DNA from: Scyliorhinus canicula
Lineage: Eukaryota
Direction: 5' to 3'
DNA: 64,000 bases
Assembly (NCBI RefSeq): GCF_902713615.1
Contig: NC_052158.1
Location: 42,495,159 to 42,559,158 of the forward strand
The notes beneath the pieces were generated by a model, which saw only the letters and a program-made list of their open reading frames with translations, was not told the DNA's origin and searched no databases. Of the stretch, positions 23,701 through 34,270 are shown piece by piece. Numbering within the stretch: the stretch's first letter is position 1; every line of letters begins with the position of its first letter. Made by a program: the position numbers and the translations under genes.

Positions 23701-24831
23701 TGGGTGGCTCAAAGGCCAATGCCCACAGTTTTACAATGTTCGAGCCGATCTGGCAATCGTTGATGGGGTTCTCCTGAAGCTAGACCGCATCGTGATCCTG
23801 CACAGCATGCACCAGCTGGCCCTAGAGCAGCTGCACGAGAGCCAGCTAGGCGTTGAAAAATGTCGCCGCAGGGCCAGGGAAGCTGTGTATTGGCCGGGAA
23901 TCAACGACGACATTACCAATGCGGTACTCAACTGCCCCACCTGCCAGCGTTTTCAACCCGCCCAACCACGGGAGACCCTGATGCCCCATGAGTTGGTCAC
24001 ATCGTCCTGGACCAAGGTGGGCATTGACCTGTTCCCACGCATTGGGTAGGGACTATGCATTAATTATTGATTACTTCGCAAACTACCCGGAGGTTATCAG
24101 GTTGCACGACCTCACTTTATCCTCTGTCAGTCGGGCGTGCAAAGAGAAATTTGCCCAGCATGGCATCTCGCTCACAGTGATGTCGGACAATGGCCCCTGC
24201 TTCACAAGCCAGGAATGGGCCAGCTTCGCCCGCAGTACAACTTTGCAGACATCACATCCAGTCCCCTGTACCCTCAGTCCAATGGCAAGGTGGAAAAGGG
24301 GGTTCATATAGTCAATAGGCTGCTCTGCAAGGCTGCCGATGCCGGATCTGACTTCCATCTCGCTTTGTTGGCCTATCTCTGCGCCCCGCTCTCCACTGGG
24401 CTGTCGCCCTCACAGTTGTTAATGAATCGCACCCTGAGGACAATGGTGCCGTCTATTCACACCCCGAATCTTCATCATGTCCCCTTGCTTCACAGGTTGC
24501 AGACGTCTCAGACGCAGCAAAAGGCGACACACGGCTCACGTGCTGCTGATCTCCCCGACATCCAGCCGAAAGTATTCATCTCCTGGATGGTGGCTGGTCT
24601 GGAACTGCTGTTGTCCTTAGGCAGGTGGCACCCCGCTCCTTCCTGGTCCAGTTACCGGACGGATCCATTCTGCGCCGCAATCGGCCGTGCCCTTCGCCTT
24701 GTTCCACAGTCGTCACGGGATCCTCCGAGCAGCTCCTCTGCTGACCCTGCCATGGGCTGTGCAGAGCTTCCGGTCACTCTGTCTCTTCCTGACTGTGTTG
24801 CAACCCACCCAGCCCCTGACCTGGCGGCTAT
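20794..24831 (+). pseudogene. Ty3/Gypsy gag-pol (Mag-like), multiply frameshifted; the 3' tip resumes at 58496 after the ERV array
   Basis: Gag WKSFKQRF...RDQIVFG with two CCHC-like knuckles (CGNCGSAH..HC; C..YGKLGHY..LC), protease FRLDIG, RT LRICIDPKDLN...RMPFGI...YVDD, RNase H TDAS/EKECL/TDH/ADALS, and integrase HESQLG..C..C, DLF, SDNGP, QSNGKVE. The C-terminus PLRRSTRVRRPPQTLNL* lies at ~58500-58556. Confidence 0.92.
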
Positions 24832-25843
24832 TGTAGCCACCTAAGATGGACACTGGGCTAACAAAATGGAGAACTGCTAAGACTGTAGGGAGAAAACAGT
24901 TTTAGCCAGGACAAGCAGTCTGCAAAGGCTAATTAGCATTCTGCACGTAACAAAACTAGTTTATGGCCAGGTGGAAGATCTCAACCAAAGGTGTAAATAG
25001 CAAAACGCTTTGCATAGTAATGAGGCAATCCAGATCTGGGCACACACAATAGCAACATTTGGGTTTGAATGGATACTTTGAGTGGACGCCCAGACGAAAC
25101 GGCACCAGAAGTATCCATCACAAAAGACCCTAGAGACCGCCCCACCCATCGAGAAGAGACCCTCAGATTGGGGGATTTGTAAGACATCGATTGGGAAATG
25201 ACCCAATCGATACATGGCAGGTAAAGGCCCGCCTGGAAAAGGCACGGACATTGGGGGCCCTATAAAGGTAGACCCCGCACATGGTTCTGTCTGTTTTTGT
25301 GCTCCGGCTTGGACTGCTGTTTTGACTCCGGCCCAGATCTGCTGTTGTAGCCTGACTCTAACTCCAGCCGTTGATCCTGTCTTCCATCACCAGCCGTTGA
25401 GCACCAGCCATCGTTCAGTAAGTGCCAAAACGACGCTCGCTACGTGAACCCGGCATTACTTATACATTATTCAACTATTAGTGAACAGAAGGTGCAGCCC
25501 AGAAAGGAACAAAGGCCTTGTCCCCTGACCTTGCTGGTTCCTACATAGATAAGTATTTAGTCGTTTAATAGTAGTAATAAGTATTAGTCTTTAGCGTATG
25601 CATGTGTATTTATTATATTTGTATAATAAATATTAATCGTTTGAACTTACTAATCGGTGTATAGTTTTATTACTTTGAACCTGACCTTGAAATACTTGTG
25701 AGGTGTCCAGATACGGCACCTGGCGACTCCGAGCTGAAAATACACACACAGAGCTGTAGCAGTGTTAAGCACACGGCCTTTAAACGGAGGCGTCTTAATA
25801 CACTCCAATAAACGCATAATACACTCAAGTAAAACGTGCAACA
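24832..25843 (+). mobile_element. Retrovirus-like provirus copy 1, 5' LTR (1012 bp)
   Basis: TGTAGCC...GTGCAACA with CCAAT at 25203, TATAAA at 25261 and AATAAA at 25625 and 25807. Preceded by CTAT, which is duplicated at 58492-58495. PBS-like TGGCGACATCCTGACGGGAC follows at ~25848; the primer tRNA is not resolved. Confidence 0.93.
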
Positions 25844-26159
25844 TTTAGTGGCGACATCCTGACGGGACACGGTTACAAGTGGCACCCCCACTCCGTCGAG
25901 GACCCTGAAATTTGAATCAGAAATCCAAGTAAAGAAAAAGGAAAGAAATCACAAGTATTCAAGGTGTTCAAACGAATAAACGTAATTCGGAAGTGTGTTT
26001 TGTGCATGCGTAGTAACAGGGTTGTAAGGAAAACCTGAAAGCATTTTTGTTGCGACAAACTTTCGGTAGTTTTGTGAACGGAACATAGCGTAAGCCTTAC
26101 CCGTTTCGTGAGACATAACCTCAACACCCCCTGTTCCAAATTTAAGTGAGTCAAAGAAA

Positions 26160-27905
26160 ATGGCCATGCAGTCAATGGAACGCCTCATGAACCCAGAACG
26201 GTTTGTGGTCGCAGCGACCAGCAGTAGCCGAGTAGGTCAGTGTCCCGTGTGGGAGCTGGAACTCTGCAAATATCTGCAAGGAAAGGGATGGCCCCTTTGG
26301 AAAGAGTTCTGTTTGAATGAGGAGACAGGTCCCGGAAGTATAGGACATACTTGGTGGGAGAACCTCTCTCAAATTCATAAGAAAACCCTTAGTAAAGCAC
26401 GCAAGCCGATGGCAATCGTATCCTGTTTGGCACAATTGCGAGGCACAGAGGAGGTCGTTCAGACGCTCCGGGCAGAATTAGAAGAGAGAAATCGAATGAG
26501 TAAAGTGGATGTCAGGGACATCGAGAAAGAAAATATGGATCTTAGAGGGAAGTTGGCAGAGAAAGGTAGAGAGGTGGATGATGCCAAGAGGGCACATCAG
26601 TCTTTTCTAGCCCATCTCAGCAGTTCCCAGACCCAGTACGAAAAGGCCTATCAGGACGTGCAACGTGCCGTCCTGATAAGAGAAGAATCAGAGAAGCAGG
26701 TAGAGGCTTTGCAGAGGCAATGCTCTGACCTAAAGGCAGCTTTAAGAGCACTCCATGCTGCCACCACAGAACAAAGACAGAGTACAGTAGACCATGCAAA
26801 ATGCAGGAAGCAGATTGCGGAGCTGCAATCGCTGCTTTCAGTGCAGAATGGGTTCCAAAGCACCTTTGGAACGCAGTTAGATGAGGAGAATGCCCCAGAC
26901 TGGAAAGAGTTAAGTGAGACAGCGCAGCGTTATGTTCAGGGAACATGTGCGCCAGCAGCGCAGCAGAAAAGACAAGCACCCCAACCCCCCACAGATCAGA
27001 TAGTTACCGCACCAATGAATCCAGTCACCACCCAAAGGAAAGCGACCACAGAAGGCGCACCCGATATCACTTACACCACCCCCTTAACTGTAACCCAACT
27101 CAGGGACGCGTGTGAGAAGATCACTCTGTTTCTCCCCACCGCAGACCCCCACCAATTTTTCGCAAAAGTAAAGCAATAGGCAACCATGTACGGCCTGGAC
27201 GAGAGAGAGCAGGTTAAGCTCACGGTCCTGAGCTTAGACCAATCGGTTGTAGCAGCCCTCCCCGACCCACAGAACGTTGGCGGAGGCACCCTAGAGGAAA
27301 TGCACACCTCCATTTTAGATGCCATAGGGTATAACCGAGGTGACCCAGTCGAAGGACTTAACAAGTGCCGACAAAAGAAAACCGAGCACCCCACAGCATT
27401 TGCAGGAAGGCTGTGGATCCATTTTAACGCAGTTTTCGGCGATTTAAATAGAGCCCATTTGAACCGAGAAAATATGGTTAAATGGACGCGCACCATAATT
27501 TCCCATGCCACAGATGCAGGACAGAGTGCTTGCAACAGCTATGACCCCTCAGAGGAGGCCCATAATGAGAAGTGGGTCCTGAAAAGATTGTCCCGCGCTT
27601 GGGAGCAATCAGTTCAGGGCAGAGGCAAAGTAAAGTCCCCAGAAGAGGCTCAGGCTGCAGCGGACATTCAGGCAGTGAGAGCGCACCAAAACCCCGCGTG
27701 GGTGAATGAAGGAAAGAACAGCCCTCCACAGAAGTCGCAGGAATGCTACAACTGTGGCCAGTTAGGACATTGGGCTAAGGAATGTAATGCACCCCAAAGA
27801 TCACAGAGAGGCCAGCAGACAGGCACTCTGAATAGGAATAAAGCCAAACCAATCCATAGTATAGGGATCCAGTCAGGACAGACCAATGTGGACGGAACGG
27901 ACTGA
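26160..27905 (+). CDS. gag: Provirus gag (coiled-coil N-half, CA-like region, one CCHC knuckle); in-frame TAG at 27177-27179
   Basis: ORFs 26160-27179 and 27186-27905 are in the same frame. CYNCGQLGHWAKEC knuckle. Donor-like AA|GTGAGT at 26146 just upstream of the ATG. Confidence 0.85.
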
Positions 27906-30900
27906 CGGTGTTCGGGCTCCCCCACTTGGGTCTGTGACACTCTTTGGGATCAATCCGGAAGACCGGTAGTCACAGCTAAGGTTAGAGGGAAGCCCATAGA
28001 GTTACTTTGGGACACAGGAGGGTCCCGCACCACGATTAATTCCACAACCACGGCACAGGCAGACACGTGGCCGACCACCTCCACCATCACACTTAGCGGT
28101 TTCACAGGACACTCGCAGCAGGGACACATTACAGCACCCGTAGCAATCCAGCTAGGGAACATCTCCACCAGACACCCAGTCGTATTAGTAAATCTTCCCC
28201 GGACAGCAGAACACATCCTAGGGATAGATTTTATGAACGCTCATAGCTTGTCATTCGACCCAGTTAACCAGTGTGTCTGGCGAATGGCGAGATCGGACAG
28301 AGCACCCGCTACTCTCACAGTAGGAGAGTACGCTAACCGGATTAGCGCAGTCGGAGACTATTCATTTGACCTGACTGCACTAAACACGGACAGACAAGTA
28401 AAGGCAGTATTAAACAAACATAGGACAGCATTTGCCAGTCACCGGCACGACTGTGGCAGAATGACTGGACAAATTCACGTTACCGGACCTGACCCCCGAC
28501 CACAGAAACAATACAGATTTCCCCTAGAAGCAGAGGGAGAAATAGAGAAGGTAATAGGTAGCTTATTAGAGCAAGGTGTGCTTAGAACAGTAGCCTCAAC
28601 CAATAATGCCCCTATTTGGCCAGTGAGAAAGCCCGACGGATCATGGCGTCTGACCATTGATTATCGGGAGCTCAACAAAGTAACCCCAGCAGTAGCCCCC
28701 ACGGTAGCAACAAGTCCCGAGACCATGCTCAAACAGGGACTCAACTCCAAATATTTCACGGTATTGGACATTAGCAACGGCTTCTGGTCAATCCCATTGG
28801 CAAAGACGTGCCAGTACAAAGTTGCCTTCACCTTCAAAGCACAACAGTATACCTGGACATGCCTTCCACAAGGATTCCACAATTCTCCCTCCATTTTCCA
28901 CCGACAGCTGGCGAATGGTTTAGAAAAATGTTCCCGCCCCGAATGTCTGGTACAGTATGTAGACGACCTACTACTGCAGACAGACACAAAGGCAGAGCAC
29001 ATTACGCTTCTGGCCGAGCTCCTGGAACTTTTAACCTCAATTGGATGTAAAGTTAACCCAAGAAAGGCCCAGATTTTGGAACACAAAGTGATGTATTTGG
29101 GTACAGTCATCACGCACGGCAAACGCGAGATCGAATTCAAAAGAATTGATTCGATTGTCAAATTGCCCCTTCCCCAGAATGTTTCAGCCCTCCGGTCGTT
29201 CTTAGGACTGGTTGGTTATTGTCGGAACCACATTGACGGATTCGCGACAAAGGCAGCCCCACTCTCAGACCTCCTTAAGAAAGGAGCCCCCTGGGAATGG
29301 CTTCCGCAGCATACAGAGGCTGTGGAGGAGTTAAAGAGAGCCCTTAGCGCAGCACCCGCGCTACAAGTCCCAGACCACCTTTCCCCCTATGCAATAGAGG
29401 TAGCGAGCACAGATCTGACCCTCTCGGCCGTGTTACTTCAGGAACGGCACGAGCAGCTAAGACCAGTGGATTATGCCTCCCGACTTTTAGACCCAGTAGA
29501 ACAGAGATTTTCAGCCTGCGAGAGGCACCTCCTTGCAGTTTTCTGGGCAGTTCAGTACTTCTCGTACATTACCGGACTCAACCCCATCACCATTTTGACC
29601 GAGCACACCCCCACACAGTTACTCCTAGACGGTCGACTGAAGGACGGTTCAGTTAGCCAGATTAGGGCAGCTGGGTGGACATTACTTTTACAAGGACGCG
29701 ACATTACGGTAAAACGGACCCGGACACACACATTTTTAGCCGACAACCTCCAATACCCAGGACAGCCCCATGAATGTGAAATTGTAGCACCCCTGCACAA
29801 CACAGGACCCTTCATAGCGAAGACACCCCCCAGGAAGATAGGGAACCCAAGACAAAGCCCCCAACACACAGACACGTGTGGCCCACTACGGATATACGTG
29901 GACGGTTCATCCACGGTTTTAGAAGGTGAGCGTATCACGGGATGCGGCATATATGTCGAGGACGCGCAGGGTCGCGCACTCGAAGAAATAGCGTTAAAAT
30001 TGGCAGGTCACTTAGGCGCGCAGGCAGCAGAGCTCGCGGCCATGGCTTATATAGTGGACCACCCCGATTCTTTCCCCAGCCCGGCGGACATATATTCGGA
30101 CAGTCGAAATGTCTGCAATAGTTTGACAGATTTTCTACCCCTGTGGAGGACACGAGGTTTTGTCTCCGCAGACGGGAAACCCCTTCCATCAGCCCCTTTA
30201 CTCCGCCACATTTTAGATAAAGCGAAGGACAGAACCTTCGGCATTATAAAAGTCAAGCCACCATAGGTCATCCCCCCCTGGGAATGTAAAAGCCGACGCA
30301 CTGGCTAAGGCAGGTTCCAGGCGAGGACACTTGTGGACACCCCCAGCTAGCGCACCAGCTAGCGCCCCTGTGAGCGCAGTTCAAGTCTCACAGACCGATA
30401 TCAAGGATTTAGATGAAGCACAGAAGCAGGATGAGGATCTCAGGGAGATTTTTAAAGGCAACTTTGTGCCTCAGTTTGACAAATTTAGACACGCACTGAC
30501 CACACATGAGGGTGTGATCATCAAGGACCAGCTTTATGTGGTCCCGCAGCAGGACAGGAATCAAATGATTGCTTTGTTCCATGACGGGCATGGACATCAA
30601 GGAATCGACACGACCACGAGGCACCTCAGGCAGCTCTGTTGGTGGCCTAACCTAAGGACAGATGTAACTCACTACATCGAGAATTGCCTTATTTGCGCCC
30701 AGAATAACCCGGAGAGGTATTCTAAAAAGGCACAGCTTCGGCATACTCGACCAGTTAATGGCCCCTGGACAAACTTCCAGATCGACTTTATAGGACCTTG
30801 TAGGAATGGCTTTAAATACGTTCTGGTGGTAATTGATACCCTTACCAAATGGGTAGAGGCATTCCCCTCAAGAACAAATACAGCAAAGACAGCTGCAAAA

Positions 30901-32130
30901 ATCCTGACCCACCACATCTTCACGAGATGGGGTTTACCCAGAAGTATAGATTCGGACCAGGGATCTCACTTCACAGGACGTGTCATGAAGAACGTCCTGA
31001 CCATATTCGGCATCAAACAAAACTTTCATATTGCGTATCACCCACAGTCCAGCGGGATTGTAGAGCGCATGAATCGGACCCTAAAATCCACACTTAGAAA
31101 AATGGTTCAAGAAAACAACTCAACATGGGATTCAGTGCTCCCATTTGCACTCATGTTTATCAGAAATACAGTTTCAACTTCCACAGGATACACACCACAC
31201 ACACTCATGACCGGACGCCCTATGAAAGGTACAGAATTCCTTTTAGGACTGGACATGACTAGCCCCGAAGTGACGGCCCTCACACACGAAAAGACAGTTA
31301 AAGACCTGGTTGAGACTGTGAGGTCTGCACAGATCGCAGCCGCAGTTCAACTAAGGAAACGGCGTAGACAAAGCACAGCATGCTTTAATAAGACCGTACA
31401 CCCCACAGAATTCCAGGTTGGGCAACAGGTAATGCTATCTGTATATAACCCCAGCAGTTTTTTGGCACCAAAATATTCCGGCCCATATTCAATTTCGGAC
31501 AAAATTAGCCCCTCAGTTTACAGGATAAAATACCCCAACGGAAAGACCGCGTGGTTCCATATTAACCAGTTAAAGGCATATGGAACACAGTCTAACCATG
31601 CACACCATGTCCTGCTAGACGCAGCAGAACACCTCGCCCCGCCCACCAGAGACACGTTTCCACCATCCCACTCACAGACCAGTTCTTCATCGGACTCGCC
31701 CACGACTCCGCCCACTGACCACAACAGACCACGCCCCGAAACGCCCACAAGCTGCCGCAGCAGAGACAGCGAAACAGACACTGACTCTGAGGACAGCCAC
31801 AGCACACCACTCTACAGCCCACATTGCAGTGACTATGACCCCGACTCCAGTGACCCCATGGAAGTCACTTACATTAAAAACCCAGACCCACCACCCGACC
31901 CCGACTACACCGACAATACCCATTCACTTTTAGACCCAACACTCTGGCACAGGGACAATTCGTACCGACTTGTCCGCAACGACGAAAGTGACCCCCGGTC
32001 ACATAATTCAAAAATTTCATGCCTGATCCACACAAGGGTGTGGGATCCGGGAGAGCAGGACGACACGGTGTCTGAATCCCGATACGGCAACCCCTTTGTG
32101 ACCCTGTTCACAGAGGCAGAGAAAAAGTGA
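27906..32130 (+). CDS. pol: Provirus pol: PR-RT-tether-RNase H-IN, in frame with gag after TGA; one frameshift at ~30260
   Basis: PR LLWDTGG; RT PVRKPDGSWRLTIDYRELN, LDISNGFW, LPQGFHNSP, YVDD; tether YASRLLDPVEQRFSACERHLLAV; RNase H YVDGS/AELAA/YSDS/KADALA; IN HDGH..C..C, IDFIG, SDQGSHF, SGIVERMNRTLK, GPY. Confidence 0.93.
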
Positions 32131-33087
32131 GGTGTCCAGATGATGTAAAATAGGAACCGCTTGAGGGAAGCGATGTCCTTTCTGATGGAACCTGCACGTA
32201 TGTTTTGTTTGTCAGTTTATGTTTGTTTGTATTTAATGTTATTGGTTCAGTTGGAGGCTGGACACCTTCTTTTCAGCTGAAAAGATTGTGACCACCTCGC
32301 ACGCACTTTAGTTTGTCCGCCGATACCTTTGAGAACTTCGGTTCCCAACCCAATGGTTTGATTGGAAATCTTTTCAGCTGTAAGGCTTGTGACCGCCTTA
32401 CACGGACACTAAGTTTCTCTGCTGAAATCTCTGAGAACTTCAGTTCACTGTTTTCAGATGTTGGAGCATCTTGGCTCCTCCCTTGTTTTTAGGTGCCCCT
32501 CTATTCGGCGAATAGAGGCTGCAAATCCACGGTAAACACATTCTTGCCCGTTCATTCCAGGTTACTCAGGCAGTGGACAATCGGCACTGAGGACCCGCCC
32601 TGTCTGAGAACCCACTTTGGTCAGCCAAGCTCGGGTATGGCACAGCACGCCCTACCCGGGGATCCCATTCAAATCGTACCCGTAGCGGCCCATACGCAAC
32701 CCATTCGACCTTTTCTTTCAAATTTATTTTCATTTTTCGTTAGGCAGCCCTTAGGCCGCCATCCCACATGCTATTTACATCCAGGAACATTCGGATGGTA
32801 AATGAGCAAAAGCCTGCGAGACGGCTCGCAGGAGGAAAGTTGTTAGGGGTATTGTGTTCATAAAATTCGCTTTTGAAAAAAAAAATGAGGGGAGTCACAG
32901 GGTGTGACTTGGCCAGTCATTTTAATGGGTCAATTGGAATTAGAGGACAGATACACTAACAAGTACGGATATTAAACTGTGTATTGACAGATACTGTGCT
33001 TGATCCCATAGCTTTCAAAGGACGAAAGAGGGTTCACAGCAAGGATCGGCCATACAGGAGGAAGAGAAAGAGAATGAAGAGAAGACC

Positions 33088-33432
33088 ATGATGGAAGCCT
33101 ACCTATTACTGTTAAATGTTATATTTGTATGTGTGGAAGCGAGTCACGTTTCCCCCACAACCCCCGCCGTCAATGTTTCCCTCACACCAACTTCCCCGTG
33201 CTCAGCTCTGATCAGTGAAGTTCAGACCTGGTGCACAAAATTTATGACATGGTACTCCATGTCATACGTGATTGAATCACTGCTAGTGATTGCAATCCTC
33301 TGCATAATCGTACAGACCCTCAGGTTGAGGAAGTGGAAGAGGAGAGCCTCCCGTTCCTGCCCCTCAACCATCTATGGAGTTCAATCCCCTATTTTCGGTT
33401 TCCACCAATCCCCCCAGCCCCTCAATGAATAA
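33088..33432 (+). CDS. 114-aa predicted single-pass type I membrane protein at the env position (unknown function)
   Basis: Hydrophobic leader ending VEA|SH, S/T/P-rich stalk with NVS sequon, C38-X10-C49, aromatic FMTWYSMSY, TM YVIESLLVIAILCIIVQTL, and RLRKWKRRASR. Kozak-like ACCATGATGG. AATAAA at the stop. The identical protein is encoded in copy 3. Confidence 0.7.
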   Translation: MMEAYLLLLNVIFVCVEASHVSPTTPAVNVSLTPTSPCSALISEVQTWCTKFMTWYSMSYVIESLLVIAILCIIVQTLRLRKWKRRASRSCPSTIYGVQSPIFGFHQSPQPLNE

Positions 33433-33792
33433 AGCACTATGTGAATAAAAGATACCCATGTATTATATTGTCCTGGACTCGACTGCCGAGTCAGGAAGCG
33501 ATATGTAATGTGGTATGAATGAATAAGGTTTAGACTGTAATAAAATGTTTAAGGTAAGATAAGGATAGTTGTGATAGGTAGAGGTTCCCGGTTTTGGTAA
33601 TGCATGTCCCCTTTGACATAGGGCCAAGTAGAGATGTCAGGTAAAAAAATTTTCTTCCCATAGTCAAGGACAGAATAGACGCCCAGGAACTTGCCGAGGT
33701 CAGGGAACACAAAGAAGGCACCCAGAAGCACTCGAAGCAACGTGCATAGGTGATCCTTCACAATTTTTATTGTGAGGATCACAAGGAGGGAA

Positions 33793-34270
33793 TGTAGCCA
33801 CCTAAGATGGACACTGGGCTAACAAAATGGAGAACTGCTAAGACTGTAGGGAGAAAACAGTTTTAGCAAGGACAAGCAGTCTGCAAAGGCTAATTAGCAT
33901 TCTGCACGTAGCAAAACTAGTTTATGGCCAGGTGGAAGATCTCAACCAAAGGTGTAAATAGCAAAACGCTTTGCATATTAATGAGGCAATCCAGATCTGG
34001 GCACACACAATAGAAACATTTGAGTTTGAATGGATACTTTGAGTGGACGCCCAGACGAAACGGCACCAGAAGTATCCATCACAAAAGACCCTAGAGACCG
34101 CCCCACCCATCGAGAAGAGACCCTCAGATTGGGGGATTTGTAAGACATCGATTGGGAAATAACCCAATCGATACATGGCAGGTAAAGGCCCGCCCCGAAA
34201 AGGCACGGACATTGGGGGCCCTATAAAGGTAGACCCCGCACATGGTTCTGTCTGTTTTTGTGCTCCGGCT
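33793..34270 (+). mobile_element. Provirus copy 1 truncated 3' LTR (U3 + TATA + 43 nt)
   Basis: PPT AAGGAGGGAA at 33783-33792 precedes TGTAGCC. The LTR breaks at ...GCTCCGGCT and joins Gypsy RT sequence equivalent to 22417. Confidence 0.92.

Noticed and set aside
28475-31923. Antisense and alternate-frame ORFs of 60-166 aa overlapping pol
   Set aside because: Expected shadows of a long coding frame, with no independent motifs.
33549-33782. 77-aa antisense ORF near the PPT (potential HBZ-like gene)
   Set aside because: GTG start and short, with no recognisable motif. Its presence in the copies only reflects recent duplication.
32131-33792. Full-length env or env remnant
   Set aside because: No ORF over 115 aa, and no furin site, CX6CC or immunosuppressive-domain motif was recognised in any frame.
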